Source: Lama guanicoe
Taxonomy: Eukaryota
DNA: 64,000 nt
Assembly (NCBI GenBank): GCA_013239625.1
Contig: MU054187.1
Span: 20,959,280 to 21,023,279, forward strand
Reading direction: 5' to 3'
The position numbers and the translations under genes are program-made. The notes under the pieces are model-generated. The model saw only the letters and a list, made by a program, of their open reading frames with translations. It searched no databases and was not told the origin of the DNA. Position 1 is the stretch's first letter; every line of letters begins with the position of its first letter. Of this stretch, positions 24,041 through 36,001 are shown piece by piece.

Positions 24041-27000
24041 TCGCCAGCCGGAGTTGGGCTCCGTGGGGCTTCCCCCCCCTCGCAGCCTCGGTCCTTCCCG
24101 GCTGTCTGCAAGTCAGCCTGGCTCCGAGTCACGTGTCAGTGCCTGAGGCAGAGACTGAGAAAAAAACGCGCTTCATTCCTTCTTCCACCGCCATACTGTA
24201 TTTTATACTAAATCTCATTTTTATTCCAACATTTTACTCCCGCTCGGTGAGTACCTTCTCAGTGGTATTCTTGTCCTATTCTTTTTTTTTGTCCTTTTTT
24301 TGTTTTTCTTTTTTTGTTTTTTTTTCTTCTTTTTTTTTCCACTTCTTTGATTATTGTTTATATTTGGGAAAGCTGGAGGGGCATGGTTTTGAGCCTTTTC
24401 CTGAATCCAAGTTTTTCTAGCATGCGATGGTTCTGTAGACAAGGCGCTGTGTCTGGGAGTCCGCGGCGACCGTGCCCGCTGGGAGCGACTCCCAAGTCCA
24501 GCAAAATATGCAACTGGTTTTATGGAAAAAGCGATGTGAAGTATGGTGCTTATTTTTTTTCCTTTGTAAAAATTAAAAAAAAAGCATGTTTCTAACTCTT
24601 TTTTGGCATACTCTTTTTCTGATAAGATTTTTGTATAGGTGGGATTTTACGGCAGTGTTTACAAGTTTGTGGTTTTGCAATACTGGTACAAACCACTGAG
24701 CAAAGACATTCATTTTCTATTTTTTTGGTGCCCTTTTTGGAAGCCGGTGAGAACAAATTCGTTTTTTTTCCCTCCTGTTTTTGAAACCCGTTGATAACAT
24801 GAAACTTTTCTTGCAGCTGGTTACTGGGATTATTTTTAAGCAAATACTTTTTTTCCCCTCCTTTAAATTAACTATGACTTTTGCACAGCTGACTTTTTTA
24901 AAAAGCCGAGATAATTTTATGATAGATATCCTGATATCTATATCTATATCATCCCTTCTTCCTCCCCCTCCCCTCCCCGTAAATCAATTTTCAAATGATG
25001 GCAGTGGAAGGTTTCTCTGGAAAAAAAAAAATGAAGTGCGGTTTGGTTTCCTTGTCAACGGAGGATGAAGTGAACAGCTGAGCAGCTCGCAGAGAGCAGG
25101 TACTTGGTCCCCTTGGAGGCGTTTCCCGGGTTTGCAATGGCAACACTGGTCCTGGCAAAGAAATCTGTGTATGTGTGTCTGTGCGTGTGGGGGTGTGTGT
25201 GTTGTGTGTTTGTGCGCGCGCGCGGCTCCGGCAGTGTCCGAGCCCGCGGTGGGGAAAGCCGTGCCGGGAGCTAGGGGAGACCAAAGTCGGTCCCCGGCCT
25301 TGGGCTGCTTTTTGGATGTGCGCAAAATACGGTCCCTCCCTCGGCTGCGCCCAGGTCGTCTCCGCAGCGGGCGGCGTCTGCGCCCCGGGCGGCGCCGACC
25401 GGGGACTCGGCAGCCGGCGGGCCCTGTAAGTTCTCCGAGGGCCACTTGCAGAGCCGGAGGGGCGAGGGGCCGAGCATGCGGCGCGGGCCGGCCGGGGCGG
25501 CCCCTCGGAGCGCCCGGGAGACGCGGGGAGAAGCGGCAGGGGCAGCATCTTCCGAAGGGGCTGGCTCCCGGCCGCGGGGCCGGGGAGCTCGAGCCATTTC
25601 CAGATCCCCGAGGGTGGCACCAGCCCCCGCACGCTCAATCCCGCTCCTCCTCTTGGCCATGAGTAAACGACGCAGTTGGGCTTTCCCAGTCTGTTTCGCT
25701 CGTTCCGAGGGGTTGTGGCTTTCTTAGTGGTGCTGTCTTCAGATCTTTTCGTTCCCTGTTGTGCGGCTTTGGTTTTAAAGCTGGCGTCTTCCCAGGTGGG
25801 GGGAAATAGTTACTTTCCATGACGGTCGGTTGGTTTTAACGTTGAGGACGAAACTGTTAGTTTGCATTAATGAGACTACACCCATAAGGTTGAGTTTTAA
25901 AGGGACAGTGTTTTCCCACTTTCTAACCACCTGATTGTGATTTCCAAGGTTTTCCCCGGAGAACGGGGCACAGGCCAGGGAGAAGGGTTGGTGAATGGTG
26001 GTGACTGATTTCGGTGTGTTGATAGCATTACAGAACTCAGTGTTGAATGTATTCTATGGAGTTTATGATATTTTATGATTGTCCTGGTACGTTTCCGGTA
26101 TAACCTGGTACTGCTTTTTGGAGATGTACCACAGTTGGTAATAAAAAGCCTTTTCTTTACTAAACATAGAGACAATCTGCTGGAAAACTTGCTGTCCAAA
26201 TAAATTTTGTGTTATGTTTTAAATCTTAAAATCTGGAGGCTAACTACTATTTAACTGATTGGATTCTGAAGCTTGGTATAATTTGGATTCTGTTAAAATA
26301 AGTATAAGCAAGTGGAATAACTTATGCTTCTCAGATTAAGTTTTCTTCTAGGTTATATATAGACGTAAAAACTAAGTCCAACATACAAAAGGCCGTGACA
26401 AACATGTTAATAACATACGCCTAGGTTTTTCAAGCAAATATTTCTTTTAAGTCTGAACGTTCAGTTTGTGGAATGAAGTTGTATGCCTGTATTTCTTTAC
26501 GCTTCGTGTTAAAAGAGGAATGCAAGTGATCATTTATCTATGTAGAAGATTAAAATTTGTTGTAACATCTAGAAAGCTCTATATTTTTTATTCACGATCA
26601 TTTCAGAGGTCTTTGGAAGTAGCAGTGTGAGTTACTTTTGTACCCAGGGTAGCTTTTCTCTGTTAAGAAAGTCCTGTTACTTTTATATAAGGAGGGAAGT
26701 TTATGTCGTGTGTGGACCATCAGATTTGATATCCTGAAGGGCACAGGTCTAAGATTTGACACAAATATTATGTTACTGAGCTTTACATTTTGATTTTTTT
26801 TGTTGTGGTGAGTACACTACTAAAATGTAGTCTTTCACATGGTTTAAACAGCTAGCAAAAACACTTAAAAAGCCACTTGCAACATTCTATATTTTTCATC
26901 ATTTTTACCAGAATACTGTATATTAGTAGAAATGCTCCTTTGATTTAAAAATGGAAGACAATGCAAGTGTATAATACTTCTTTTCAGGTTGCACTATAAG

Positions 27001-28016
27001 TCAGTTAGTCTTTTTAAAAGAAACAGTGAATGAGAAGGAAAAACTTGAGAGATCAAACCAGAATTTTCATTAAGAGGATTACCCGCTGCCCTAAGATGGG
27101 GGTAGCTGTGTTTTCAGGTTGGTGCAGAGTGCAGACTGAACTGTATGTTTCCTAATGAGACCGAAACCATAATGAGGTGGAGGAAGATATTCATAGGATT
27201 TCAAGTGGGAACGGATATATAATTGTGCTTTGAATTCTGTAAAGATTGTGGAAAGAACCTTTAGTCGTGTTAGGTTTTCATTTAATGTTGATTGTTGATA
27301 TATTACATGTTATGTTGAATGTCTATCACATTGAAATTTTGAAATTTCCTCCTCCATGAATTATGTTAGGAATTCTACCACTTTAAACTGGTCACCTGTA
27401 CTGTGAGTGTTTTGGTTTAAAAGTCTTTGAATGTGATATCCTAGAGTTAGCACCGCCTACTGGTTTCTCTTGGAAAAATAATATTGTTCTTAATTTCAGC
27501 GAGCAGTCCACACTGATTCTGATCAACTTAATCATGCAAATTACTTTTAACTGCTTACTGAGAGGAAATAAAGAATATTTTGTTGGGAGAGAGGGTTTGG
27601 GGTGATGGTAGAAGGTGAGGGAAATAAGGCATTTAAATTAAATTGGTTATTGGATCACTAACTGACCTTAAATATCTTATTAGCAGAACTGCAATAAAAA
27701 AGATTTAGAACAGCCTGTTAAATTTGCCGACTTTTCTATGGGATGCCAACATTTGGACATTTGGAAAAATCCTGGATTACTGAATTAAATTTACAGTTTC
27801 TGACCCAGTCTTGAGCAGTGCAGAGAGCGAATACCCTAGTTGAAGCTCTGTCCTGAGTGTGGTCTGTCTAAGAATTTTGAAATTAAGAAATTTTAATCAT
27901 AAAAAAATAAACATTTTATTGTTTTTAATATTTATCCTTACATGATTGTAAGTAATCAAGTAGAAGACTGATTTTTTTTCTTAGTATACATCAAACAGTG
28001 GTGGTATTTTACATAC

Positions 28017-28021
<5 letters not shown>

Positions 28022-28052
<31 letters not shown>
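28022..28052. repeat. (TG)n microsatellite
   Basis: About 15 TG units; other TG tracts at ~7678, 33796, 47384, 50734, 52057. Confidence 0.95.
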
Positions 28053-28059
<7 letters not shown>

Positions 28060-30989
28060 GAAAAGTTTCAGACCCATATTTATTTTGGCACTCTTTTATA
28101 TTCTTAACTACAGAAGGCATACTGTCTTTTTAAAAATGATAGTCGGTTTATTTTTGCTAATTTTTATGAAAGGCTGGTGGTTAAAAGAGCTACCGGATGT
28201 GTGCAAACCAGTGATTCCATTAGAATATGAAAAAAATGGAGTAGAAAAATAATGCACATACATTTGATATACCAGAATTTACATTTTCCTAGTTAGAAGA
28301 ATCATATGCCTTGTGGAGAATTATTTCTTAAATAACATAGTTATTTTTTAAAGCAGCTGCTAAGAAGGGTGTGGAAAAGCTTCTGTGTCTATTACACTCC
28401 TGAAAGCATCTGACTTGAGTAAAAGTGTGGTCATGCTTTGCTTACTGTTTACAATACTGTAAGCAGCTAATTACACAGCGCATCAAATCAAATAAAACTG
28501 CATTGGAAGCAAAAAAAGAAGTGAAGGGGATGTTTAGAATTGTTTGCATGATAAAAAGGAAATTGAAAATATTCTATTTACAATTTAATTAATTTATTCT
28601 CCTCCCTGACTTTTGAAAAATTTATTTTTTGGGATAATTGGCTGTGACTTTAAAAAATACAGAGATTTTCTTCACTTGTTCTATCACATTGCCATGAAGA
28701 AAATTCTATTTTGTGTATAAAACCTGAGGTGATGATGTTGTTTATTCTCCAAGTTGTTTATGAAGCTCCGGAAAGAAATTAAAAACAAATTTAAAAATTC
28801 CTCACTAGTCTGAAGTTATTATTATTTTCTTATTATTTCATTATTATTGTTACTTAGTATGTCTAGTGACTTGCACAAAAGCCTTTAAAAATCCCATTTT
28901 CATAATTCAGTATGATTTTTTAATTTAATAAATTTCAGTCATTGACGGTGGCAGCCAACTTTCACATTAGTGACAAGGACAATTAGTTTTGCTACACCAT
29001 GATTTTGAGATCAATAGTTATTAAATAAAATTTAAGTAACAGGTTCATTTCTGAATGTACCCAAAATTAATTCTGCATTTAGTAAGTGTTATGTAAATAT
29101 CTGTCATCATTCTTCTTTTTAGTCTTAAATTTTGACATGTTTCTAGAAAATTACCTAGCTGTTGCCAACTTTTAGTAAGTTTGCTTTTCCGGTATCTTTT
29201 TAGGATTTCAAAAAAATATTGGGGAGTTTCTTTTGCTGTTTGTTTGCTTTGTTAGACTTATGTTAAATAGCAAACTTACACTGTAGAAAATTGATTTTGT
29301 GTGTTTCTAATTCTCCCATTAATTTAAAGGGTTTTTTTTTTTAATTTCTGTATAATGCAGTTAGTCTGAGACTGCATTCTGGAAAATACAGAGGTGTTGA
29401 TTTCCATGTTCTCTCCATTCCCAGCCCCAGAGAGGGCAGAGGGAGAACCTCAGTTAGTGTTTAGGATAAATGTCTCCTGGACTGTCCTTGGAGACTCCTC
29501 AGCTCCGGTCAGGACTGTGAGATTTATTTCTTGGGCCATGCATAAATCTAAATGGAGAGGAGAATTATAGTGAGGACTGGGGGAGCCCTGTCCTGCTTTT
29601 CTGAAAGATGCAATGGAATGGATCACTGTGTACTTTCATACTAAAGAAAAACTAGAGACTATTTATGTGCATAACTATTTATGTGCATAAATATGTTTCG
29701 TGAAATTACATTTGACTTACATATTTTTTGCTTAGAATAATATAGGTGAACATTTTATCTAAACTTTCACTGTGGAAATTAATTGCATTTGTACATAATC
29801 CATGTGTTTAGTGAAAATATTTATACACATTTTGGTGGCCATATGTTAAATTATAACAGAAGCAACATATTTTTGAGTCGGTTTGGAAACTTAACAGGCT
29901 GGAGTAGAGAAAGGCTATTTTTTCATTAAATCAGGAGGAGAGGAAAAGAAAAGTAGGACTAACATTTATTGTTACGTCAGGTGAATGCATTTCCATTTGT
30001 CCTTCCCCTCCACAAGTAGGTGATACCATCATTATTTTATATTTTGGGGGAAACTGAGACTTGGAGAGATACCTGATTTGCTCAGGGATCCACAGGTAGT
30101 AAAGGGACAAATAACAGGTATGTGTGAATTGACACCTCGTGTTCCTCTTTCTGTTCAGGGATGCTCCATTTGTGGAGAGGAAATTTTGTTTCCTTTCACC
30201 TATTATAAAGCAACTGCTATATATTTATTCTTGGTGCATTATTCAAAATGACTGTATTTTGGCAAGTTTTCACTACTGTGTGCTGTAGGCAGAAATAACA
30301 GAAAATAGTGTCATTTACACCAAGACTCTTACTGGTGCTGAGAGGGCCTTTAAGAGACCATGCCAGCAGCCATCTCTCTAGGATCATTGGATTTTCTGAG
30401 GAGACCCAATACGTGGGAGTTTGTCAGGGGCCTCCTGGGTTCTGTGGTCAGGACAAAATAGATGTTTCTGTGTCTACAGTGGCTTTGCAGAGGCTGTGGG
30501 AAAAACACTCAACAAATATTTATTTAGCGCACAATGCACTCTCTGCTCTGGAAGCTTTTGCAGTGTGATGTGGAAAGTTATCCTTTGCACGAGGAAAACT
30601 GAACAGCCAATTCTTTCATAACACAGCAAATCTATAAATATAGGTGTCTCTTCTGTCTACCAACATCTCACTATCAACATCATCTCCACCCCAGAATTCC
30701 ACTGTGACACATACTTGGATGTGACATTTTTCAAGCCCATTTTATCTGTTTGTTAATAACATAAAACGCATGTGACTGTAAGATGTTATTTTGGGATGTT
30801 GTTTTTAATTGCCTCTTCAGATGTGTGAACAAGTATTCTATTATTAAATAGTTTCCTTGGAACTTGAAAAAAATGAATATTTTTCAATAAAGAATGAGAA
30901 ACATAAACTGTGTAGTAGAGGCAGTGTGAATGAACATGAAGAAATGGCTTTCAAAGATGATGGTAAATCTATAGGTCCATAAAATCAGT

Positions 30990-31230
30990 GGATTTGGAGG
31001 CCAAGGTGAAGGGACTAGTAAAAGCTGCTTTTGAGTTTTAGAATCTTGATATCTTGGAACCTCGGGATATAAAACAAAACAAAATGAAATAAGAATATCC
31101 AGAAGAGGGCCTGGTTTGGTTGGGGGTAGAAGAATGGTTCAGTTTTGGACATATCACTTCTCTGAAGTTCCAACATTAAGCTGGATAAAATGACCAATGT
31201 GCAATTGCAGTTCAGGTCTAGAGCTGGAAA
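30990..31230 (-). mobile_element. L2 fragment
   Basis: 'ggtttggttgggggtagaag...ttcagttttggacat...gttcagg...tctagagctgga' is the reverse complement of L2 motifs. Confidence 0.55.
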
Positions 31231-32158
31231 GCACACTGAGAGCTAGAAAAAAAATTACAAAATTATCTACCTTAAAAATTCAGGAGGCAGACATTTGGGA
31301 AACACCTGCATTTTTCTGAGTGGATGGAAAAAGACCTGGTTAAAGGCAGAAAAAGAAGAAGTAGGCACTGAAGCTTAGGAAATTGTGTCTGTGTAAAGAG
31401 AGGAGTGTTCAGCAAGGCTAATGCTGCATACGTTTGGGCAAAGGTGAGGCCTGTGAAAAAGTCCTTGACTCTGTGATTAAAATCCATTAATTTTAAGAAG
31501 AAACTGAATGAATGAACTGTCTTAGACTTGAGTAAATGAAGAAGCATCCCCATGATTCTGGATTTGGTGTGACGGCATCTTAAAGGGGTCAGTTCCCAAG
31601 ATTGTATGTGTCACATTCTTCTGTGTGTGTGGGCGCGCACGTGTTCATGCATGCTCACATATAACATCCTCTAAATAGGAAGACCAGTAAGAAGCTTTTC
31701 TGGAACTAGATAAAGTGATTTTAAATTACATAGAGAAAATGTGAAAAAGCAAGAATAGCCAGGATAAGTCAGAAAAAGAAGGGCAAAGAGGGTCTAAGAT
31801 ATCATATATTATAATATACTATACATCTTTTCAAGTATATTTACTTGCTCTGGCTCCTACTTAAAAGGCTTCCAAGCATGTCTCTCTGGGAGCAATGAGC
31901 ACATTTAGTGCACACATCATGGTTTCTAAATACCATTTCCCACTCAAGGGGACCAAACTCTGGAGAATTTGCTGATTCTAAGCCAGGGCAGAAAAAGTGC
32001 AAGCTGAGCCTGGGCTCTCTCATTGTGCCAGGAAATGAGGAAAGGCCCTGAAACAAATAAGGTTGTATAAACCTTATTTGTAAACTGTAACTGTAAACAG
32101 GAGCTTGCTTGAAGGGCCTCCCAGTTGCCAAATTCAGATACTGTGGAGCATCAGTGGT

Positions 32159-32934
32159 TGTTTGTGAACAACCTCAGATGAAATCTGAAACTGGCCCCTG
32201 TACGAAGGGGCAAAGAGAGACTGAAGAAACAGACAGACTACTCCAGCGTGGTAGGTGGCAGTTTTAACAATCAAGGCAGCTTATGTGCAAGGCTTGTCCT
32301 AGGTGGCTGCAAGACAAATAGATTTCCGCATCCAGCCACCAGAATCTTAAAAGTGTGTATGGTTTTCCCTTGCTCTCTGAAAGTGGAATGTTCCTATGAA
32401 ACTTTTTGTAAGCTGAAATGGCATAAAGAAAAGAAGCAATTACCCTAGGACACGTCTTGCTAGCAAATGCGCAAAATAGATCAAGATAAAGCACAGATGC
32501 TCACAGACACAGTGGAAGTTGTGGTGGCTGGCTGCTGAAATGCGTGTAGTTCCGGGGAAGGAGCTTGGCTGAGCCACCCCGGATGCTCTCTTGAGTGTTG
32601 TCTCTGTAACATTTTGCTGCAAGATAATGAATGCTGTATTCACTTCTTGCCTCTGTGTAAATGCAAATCGTCTTTAGATTTCTTTCAGTTAGTGAAAACA
32701 GGTACTAGTGTAGGTCTTTAGTAAAAGTGAAGTGGGGATCCCTTAATGAGAGGGATAGATAGAGGTCTTAATGGGGTTCAGTCTAGATGTTCTCAACAAC
32801 ACATTGCTCTCTCACGGCTGAGTCCTGGAGGTGGCTGAATATACACTCCAAGTTCAGGGGAGAGGGTAGGAAGCCTCTGATGGTCCTGGTCCAGCTTGAG
32901 GGTCAAGCAGCAGTGGATGTAACCTCCTCCAACA
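32159..32934 (-). mobile_element. Solo ERV LTR split by a Tigger
   Basis: TG...CA; colinear with 15219-15599 on both sides of the 32360-32743 insert. Confidence 0.75.
32360..32743 (-). mobile_element. Artiodactyl-type Tigger non-autonomous element (Tigger1a_Art-like)
   Basis: TA flanks (32358-59, 32744-45), degenerate TIRs 'tggttttccc'/'ggggatccct', internal 'gttcctatgaaac...gcaattacc...gataaagcacagatgctcacagacacag...gaaggagcttggc...aaaacaggtacta..gtaggtc'. Confidence 0.8.
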
Positions 32935-35413
32935 CGAATGACTGTGACAGATTCTAAAACATTGAACAAAGTAAAATCCATGAGTCCATAGTGACACTCT
33001 AAATACAAAATATTAATAAAAGAAAAATGATTCTGATAGTAATTAAATGGAAAGAAATGGTTAGCCTCCCTTTTCGGAGGAACTCTTCTTGTCCAATTGA
33101 TGAAGGACAGCTCTTCTTTGCAAAATATGTGAGTGAGTAAATGTAAGAAATGCTGGCTTTAGAAAATGACTGTAATTCCCACTGAAATAAATGATTCAAG
33201 CAAGAGTCATCAACAGGTGCTAAAACCACTAGTTAGAAGTATCTGGGGGGCTAAAGTATTCTCATGGTGCTCAAGTGTTACTTGTTAGTTGTATCTGGCA
33301 TTTGCCTTTAATAGCTGAGTCATCAAACACCTGCGCTTCCTGATGGACGCAGTGTGATACATTGGTGATGTATTGTTGCCAGAATGTGTAAACTGAATCT
33401 AAATCCTGTTTAAATTTAGCTTCTAATTTACAGGAAAGAACAAAGAAAGTGGAACTTGTTAACCTAAAGCGTGAGGAAATAATCAAATTCACAGGGTGTC
33501 ATATTCTTTGTGAAAATACGAGACATGTACCCTGCTCTCTTCCAAGTGGCCATTGCCACTGTGGAGGGGTCTTTTCTATATTAAAAGAGACTAAAGACAA
33601 CCAAATACTGTATTTGAAGCTTTATTTAATCTTAGTTTTTTTAAAAAAAAAGTACAAAAGATCAAATTTTGGTAGAATTGGGAAAATTTGCAAGTGGACT
33701 AGGTAATAAATGATATTAGGTGATGCATGCTGAATTATGTAGGGATAAATGCCATAATGTCTGCAACCTTATTTCATATGAGTCATGGCAAAATGTGTGT
33801 GTGTGTGTGTGTGTGTAAAGCAAATCATTTGTTAATAATTTTTGAATCCAGGGAGTGATTTTATTGTATTATTCTTTCAGATTATCTGTTGGTTTGAATT
33901 TTTTCAGTAACAGTGTTGAAAAGTCTGTTAATTATCACTGAGAAAAAATGTGCCTTTTAGGGTTAAACAGAAGCAGAAATCCAGTTGTCCATGTTTAAGG
34001 TCATATGAGGTCTTTGAAGAGATGAAGATAAGAAGTAAATGTAGTTCAGTGTTCATTGTGGGGATGAAGTATTATTCAAGGGAGTACTGTTATTGAAAGA
34101 GGCATGCATTTTTAAGCCAGAATAAAGAAGATACCAATGTGTATTTAATTTTGGGTGGTGGAGTCCCCTTAGCAAGAGAAGGTAGAGTTATTGGGGGAGG
34201 AAAGTAATTTTCAGGACCAAGTTTCAGAATGTTCTGAGAAGGTTGGTATGATCATTTGTAGCCCAAGAAGAGACTGGTCACATCTTAGAAGGGGAAGAAG
34301 ATGGAATTCATTAGTTAACTAAATTCCTTCCTTATTCAACTCTGCACTGGAGGATGGGGACCCAGTGGTAATAAGGACCCTCCCTGCAGGGAGTTTGCCG
34401 TCTAATGATGACTTTAGTTTTCCTGGAGAAACTCAGGGCTGTAGGTTGAGATTGACAGGTGTGGGGATAGGCGTTTAGGGAATGTAGCAAAGAATATGCA
34501 GGAGGTCTATTAAAAGAGTCCACAGCCAGAAGGAGGAACTTGGCAAGGTTAAACAATTTGTTGTCACGTTGGTCGACAACAGTTGCACCGCTTTCTCTGG
34601 CAACACTTAACATGTAATCTGGGTCAGGCAAACTGAGTTTTCCTGGATTAGGAGATTGGCAAGGCACACATGATATAAAACAAAGAGCTGGGCTTTCTAG
34701 ATGTGGTGCATGTATTACAGCAGACCGACGGTGAATTGAATCCATCCAGGCTGGGGGATGAGGCAGGGGCAGCTATTGGAGATGAATTAACCAACAATGG
34801 AGAAGATTTGAGAGCCTCAAGGTCAGGATTGAAAACTAGCAATAGGCTCACTGTTTCTAATAGGATGGGAGGAGGGGCAAGGATGGATGGTTTTGGTCAG
34901 AAGGGAATATTTTGTTTCCCGATTTTGAAAGTGGAGCAGAATCAAAGGATGAACACATTTTAGAGCTGGGAAAGGTGTGCCGCTAAGGCAGGTGCTGTTG
35001 AGGCTGGGAAGTGTTGTGAGGAGAAGCTGGGTGTTAAAGGGGTGATTTTTCACACCTTTATAAAATTCATCATGGGGTGAGAGGGAAAAAGGTGGAAATG
35101 AAAACTTTGAAACGTGTGCTGAAAATGTCAGTGACATCCCTGGAGGTTTCTAATCAACTGAGGCTGTAAAGGATTTTTTATTTTTAATTTTTTTTGTGAT
35201 TTCTGGGACTTTAATCGTTTCCTCTGGAACATTATGAAGAGAGCTGTGGATAAATTGTGTGTGCATTTATCTTGTTTGGGTTTGATAAGAATTTTTAGGT
35301 AATACAGAAGTAAATTCTGCCATGGATCCTGGAACCTGAAGTTGAGTTTTATAAGAAAGTCACTGATCAAAACCAAGGAAGCAAATATGGGATAGTGCAA
35401 TTCATACTACTTT

Positions 35414-36001
35414 TGTTGCAGAAAAACATGTTACAGCTCAGTTGTAACAGCAACCTGGATCCGGGTGAGAGACCAAGCAGCACTTGGAGAGTTGGAAAAC
35501 TCAGGTTTATTACGCCAGCGGGCCCAGAGTAGTTAACACTCTAAGCTCTGGACTCTATCTGTAGGTTTACACAGGCTTTTATAGGCTGTCAGTTTACATT
35601 TTGCAACATCATATGCAAATAATGTCTAACAAAAGTTGACTAATTAGGAACAAGATTTGTAGTAATGGACCAATCAGGAGGGAGAGAAATAACCAATCAG
35701 GAGTGAGGGAAATGGACCAATCAGAAGTGAGAGAAATGACCAATCAGGAGTGAGCTCCATGCAAATGAAGCACTACAAATGGACCAATCAGAAGTTAGGG
35801 AAATGGACCAATCAAGAGTGAAGGAAATAACCAATCAGGAGTGAGCTCAGGGAACCAATGGAATTTTAGGGGTAAGTAAGCCGTTTCAGAGGCAAAAAGT
35901 GAGATAGAGCCTCTGGGCCAGGGAACTGAAAGGTGCTGGCAGAAGAGTAGTGGTCCTGCTTAGGGGTCCTGCCAGTCTTTTTTATGGGGCTTCCCACCTC
36001 A
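35414..36001 (-). mobile_element. Intact solo ERV1-type LTR, 588 bp
   Basis: TG...CA termini, 4-bp TSD CTTT (35410-13 / 36002-05); on minus strand TATAAAA (35577-35583) then AATAAA (35506-35511); U3 tandem repeats. Confidence 0.9.

Larger units (their letters stand above)
23800..24246 (+). other. CCSER1: Non-coding first exon (5'UTR) of a large gene, tentatively CCSER1/FAM190A; 5' boundary approximate
   Basis: Consensus donor TCG|GTGAGT at 24246/24247 (seen). Gene identity is recalled similarity of 'gctcagcctcagcgtgaggggcacctgctcg...ccaacattttactcccgctcg' to the mammalian CCSER1 5'UTR; the absence of any coding exon in the next 40 kb fits a very long intron 1. Not verified by search. Confidence 0.55.
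22980..25720 (+). promoter_or_regulatory. CpG-island promoter, two GC-rich lobes (~22980-24170 and ~25080-25720)
   Basis: Sharp rise in GC and CpG within an AT-rich CpG-depleted window; inverted CCAAT at ~22901, E-box GTCACGTG at 24128-24135; no obvious transposon inside. Confidence 0.92.
31845..33922 (+). mobile_element. L1MC4-like 3'UTR, interrupted by LTR and Tigger insertions
   Basis: 'catggtttctaaataccatttcccact...gtgccaggaaatgagg...gaagggcctccc...gagcatca' resumes after 32934 as 'aaaatccatgagtccatagtga'; terminal 'attattctttca...gtttgaattttttcagtaa'. Confidence 0.7.

Noticed and set aside
22819..25820. Many overlapping 60-260 aa ORFs on both strands, including 23350-24132(-) with polyA/polyL
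   Set aside because: Expected from stop-codon scarcity in a CpG island; low-complexity P/R/A/G translations with no recognisable domain. Only the Kozak-flanked 23641 frame is kept, as a speculative finding
15219..32137. Shared 14-mer gttgccaaattcag at ~15220 and ~32124 as a common LTR end
   Set aside because: The 32124 copy lies in the L1 3'UTR outside the LTR boundary (32159); treated as coincidence
33950..35100. Purine-rich stretch with ORFs 34332-34745 and 34703-34963, considered as a pseudogene or viral insert
   Set aside because: No recognisable protein motifs; composition fits a decayed antisense LINE (L2-like), which I cannot assign confidently
35665..35860. Regularly spaced short repeats resembling a CRISPR array
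   Set aside because: Mammalian DNA; the 'spacers' are themselves repeated and only ~12 nt; lies inside an LTR U3; no cas genes
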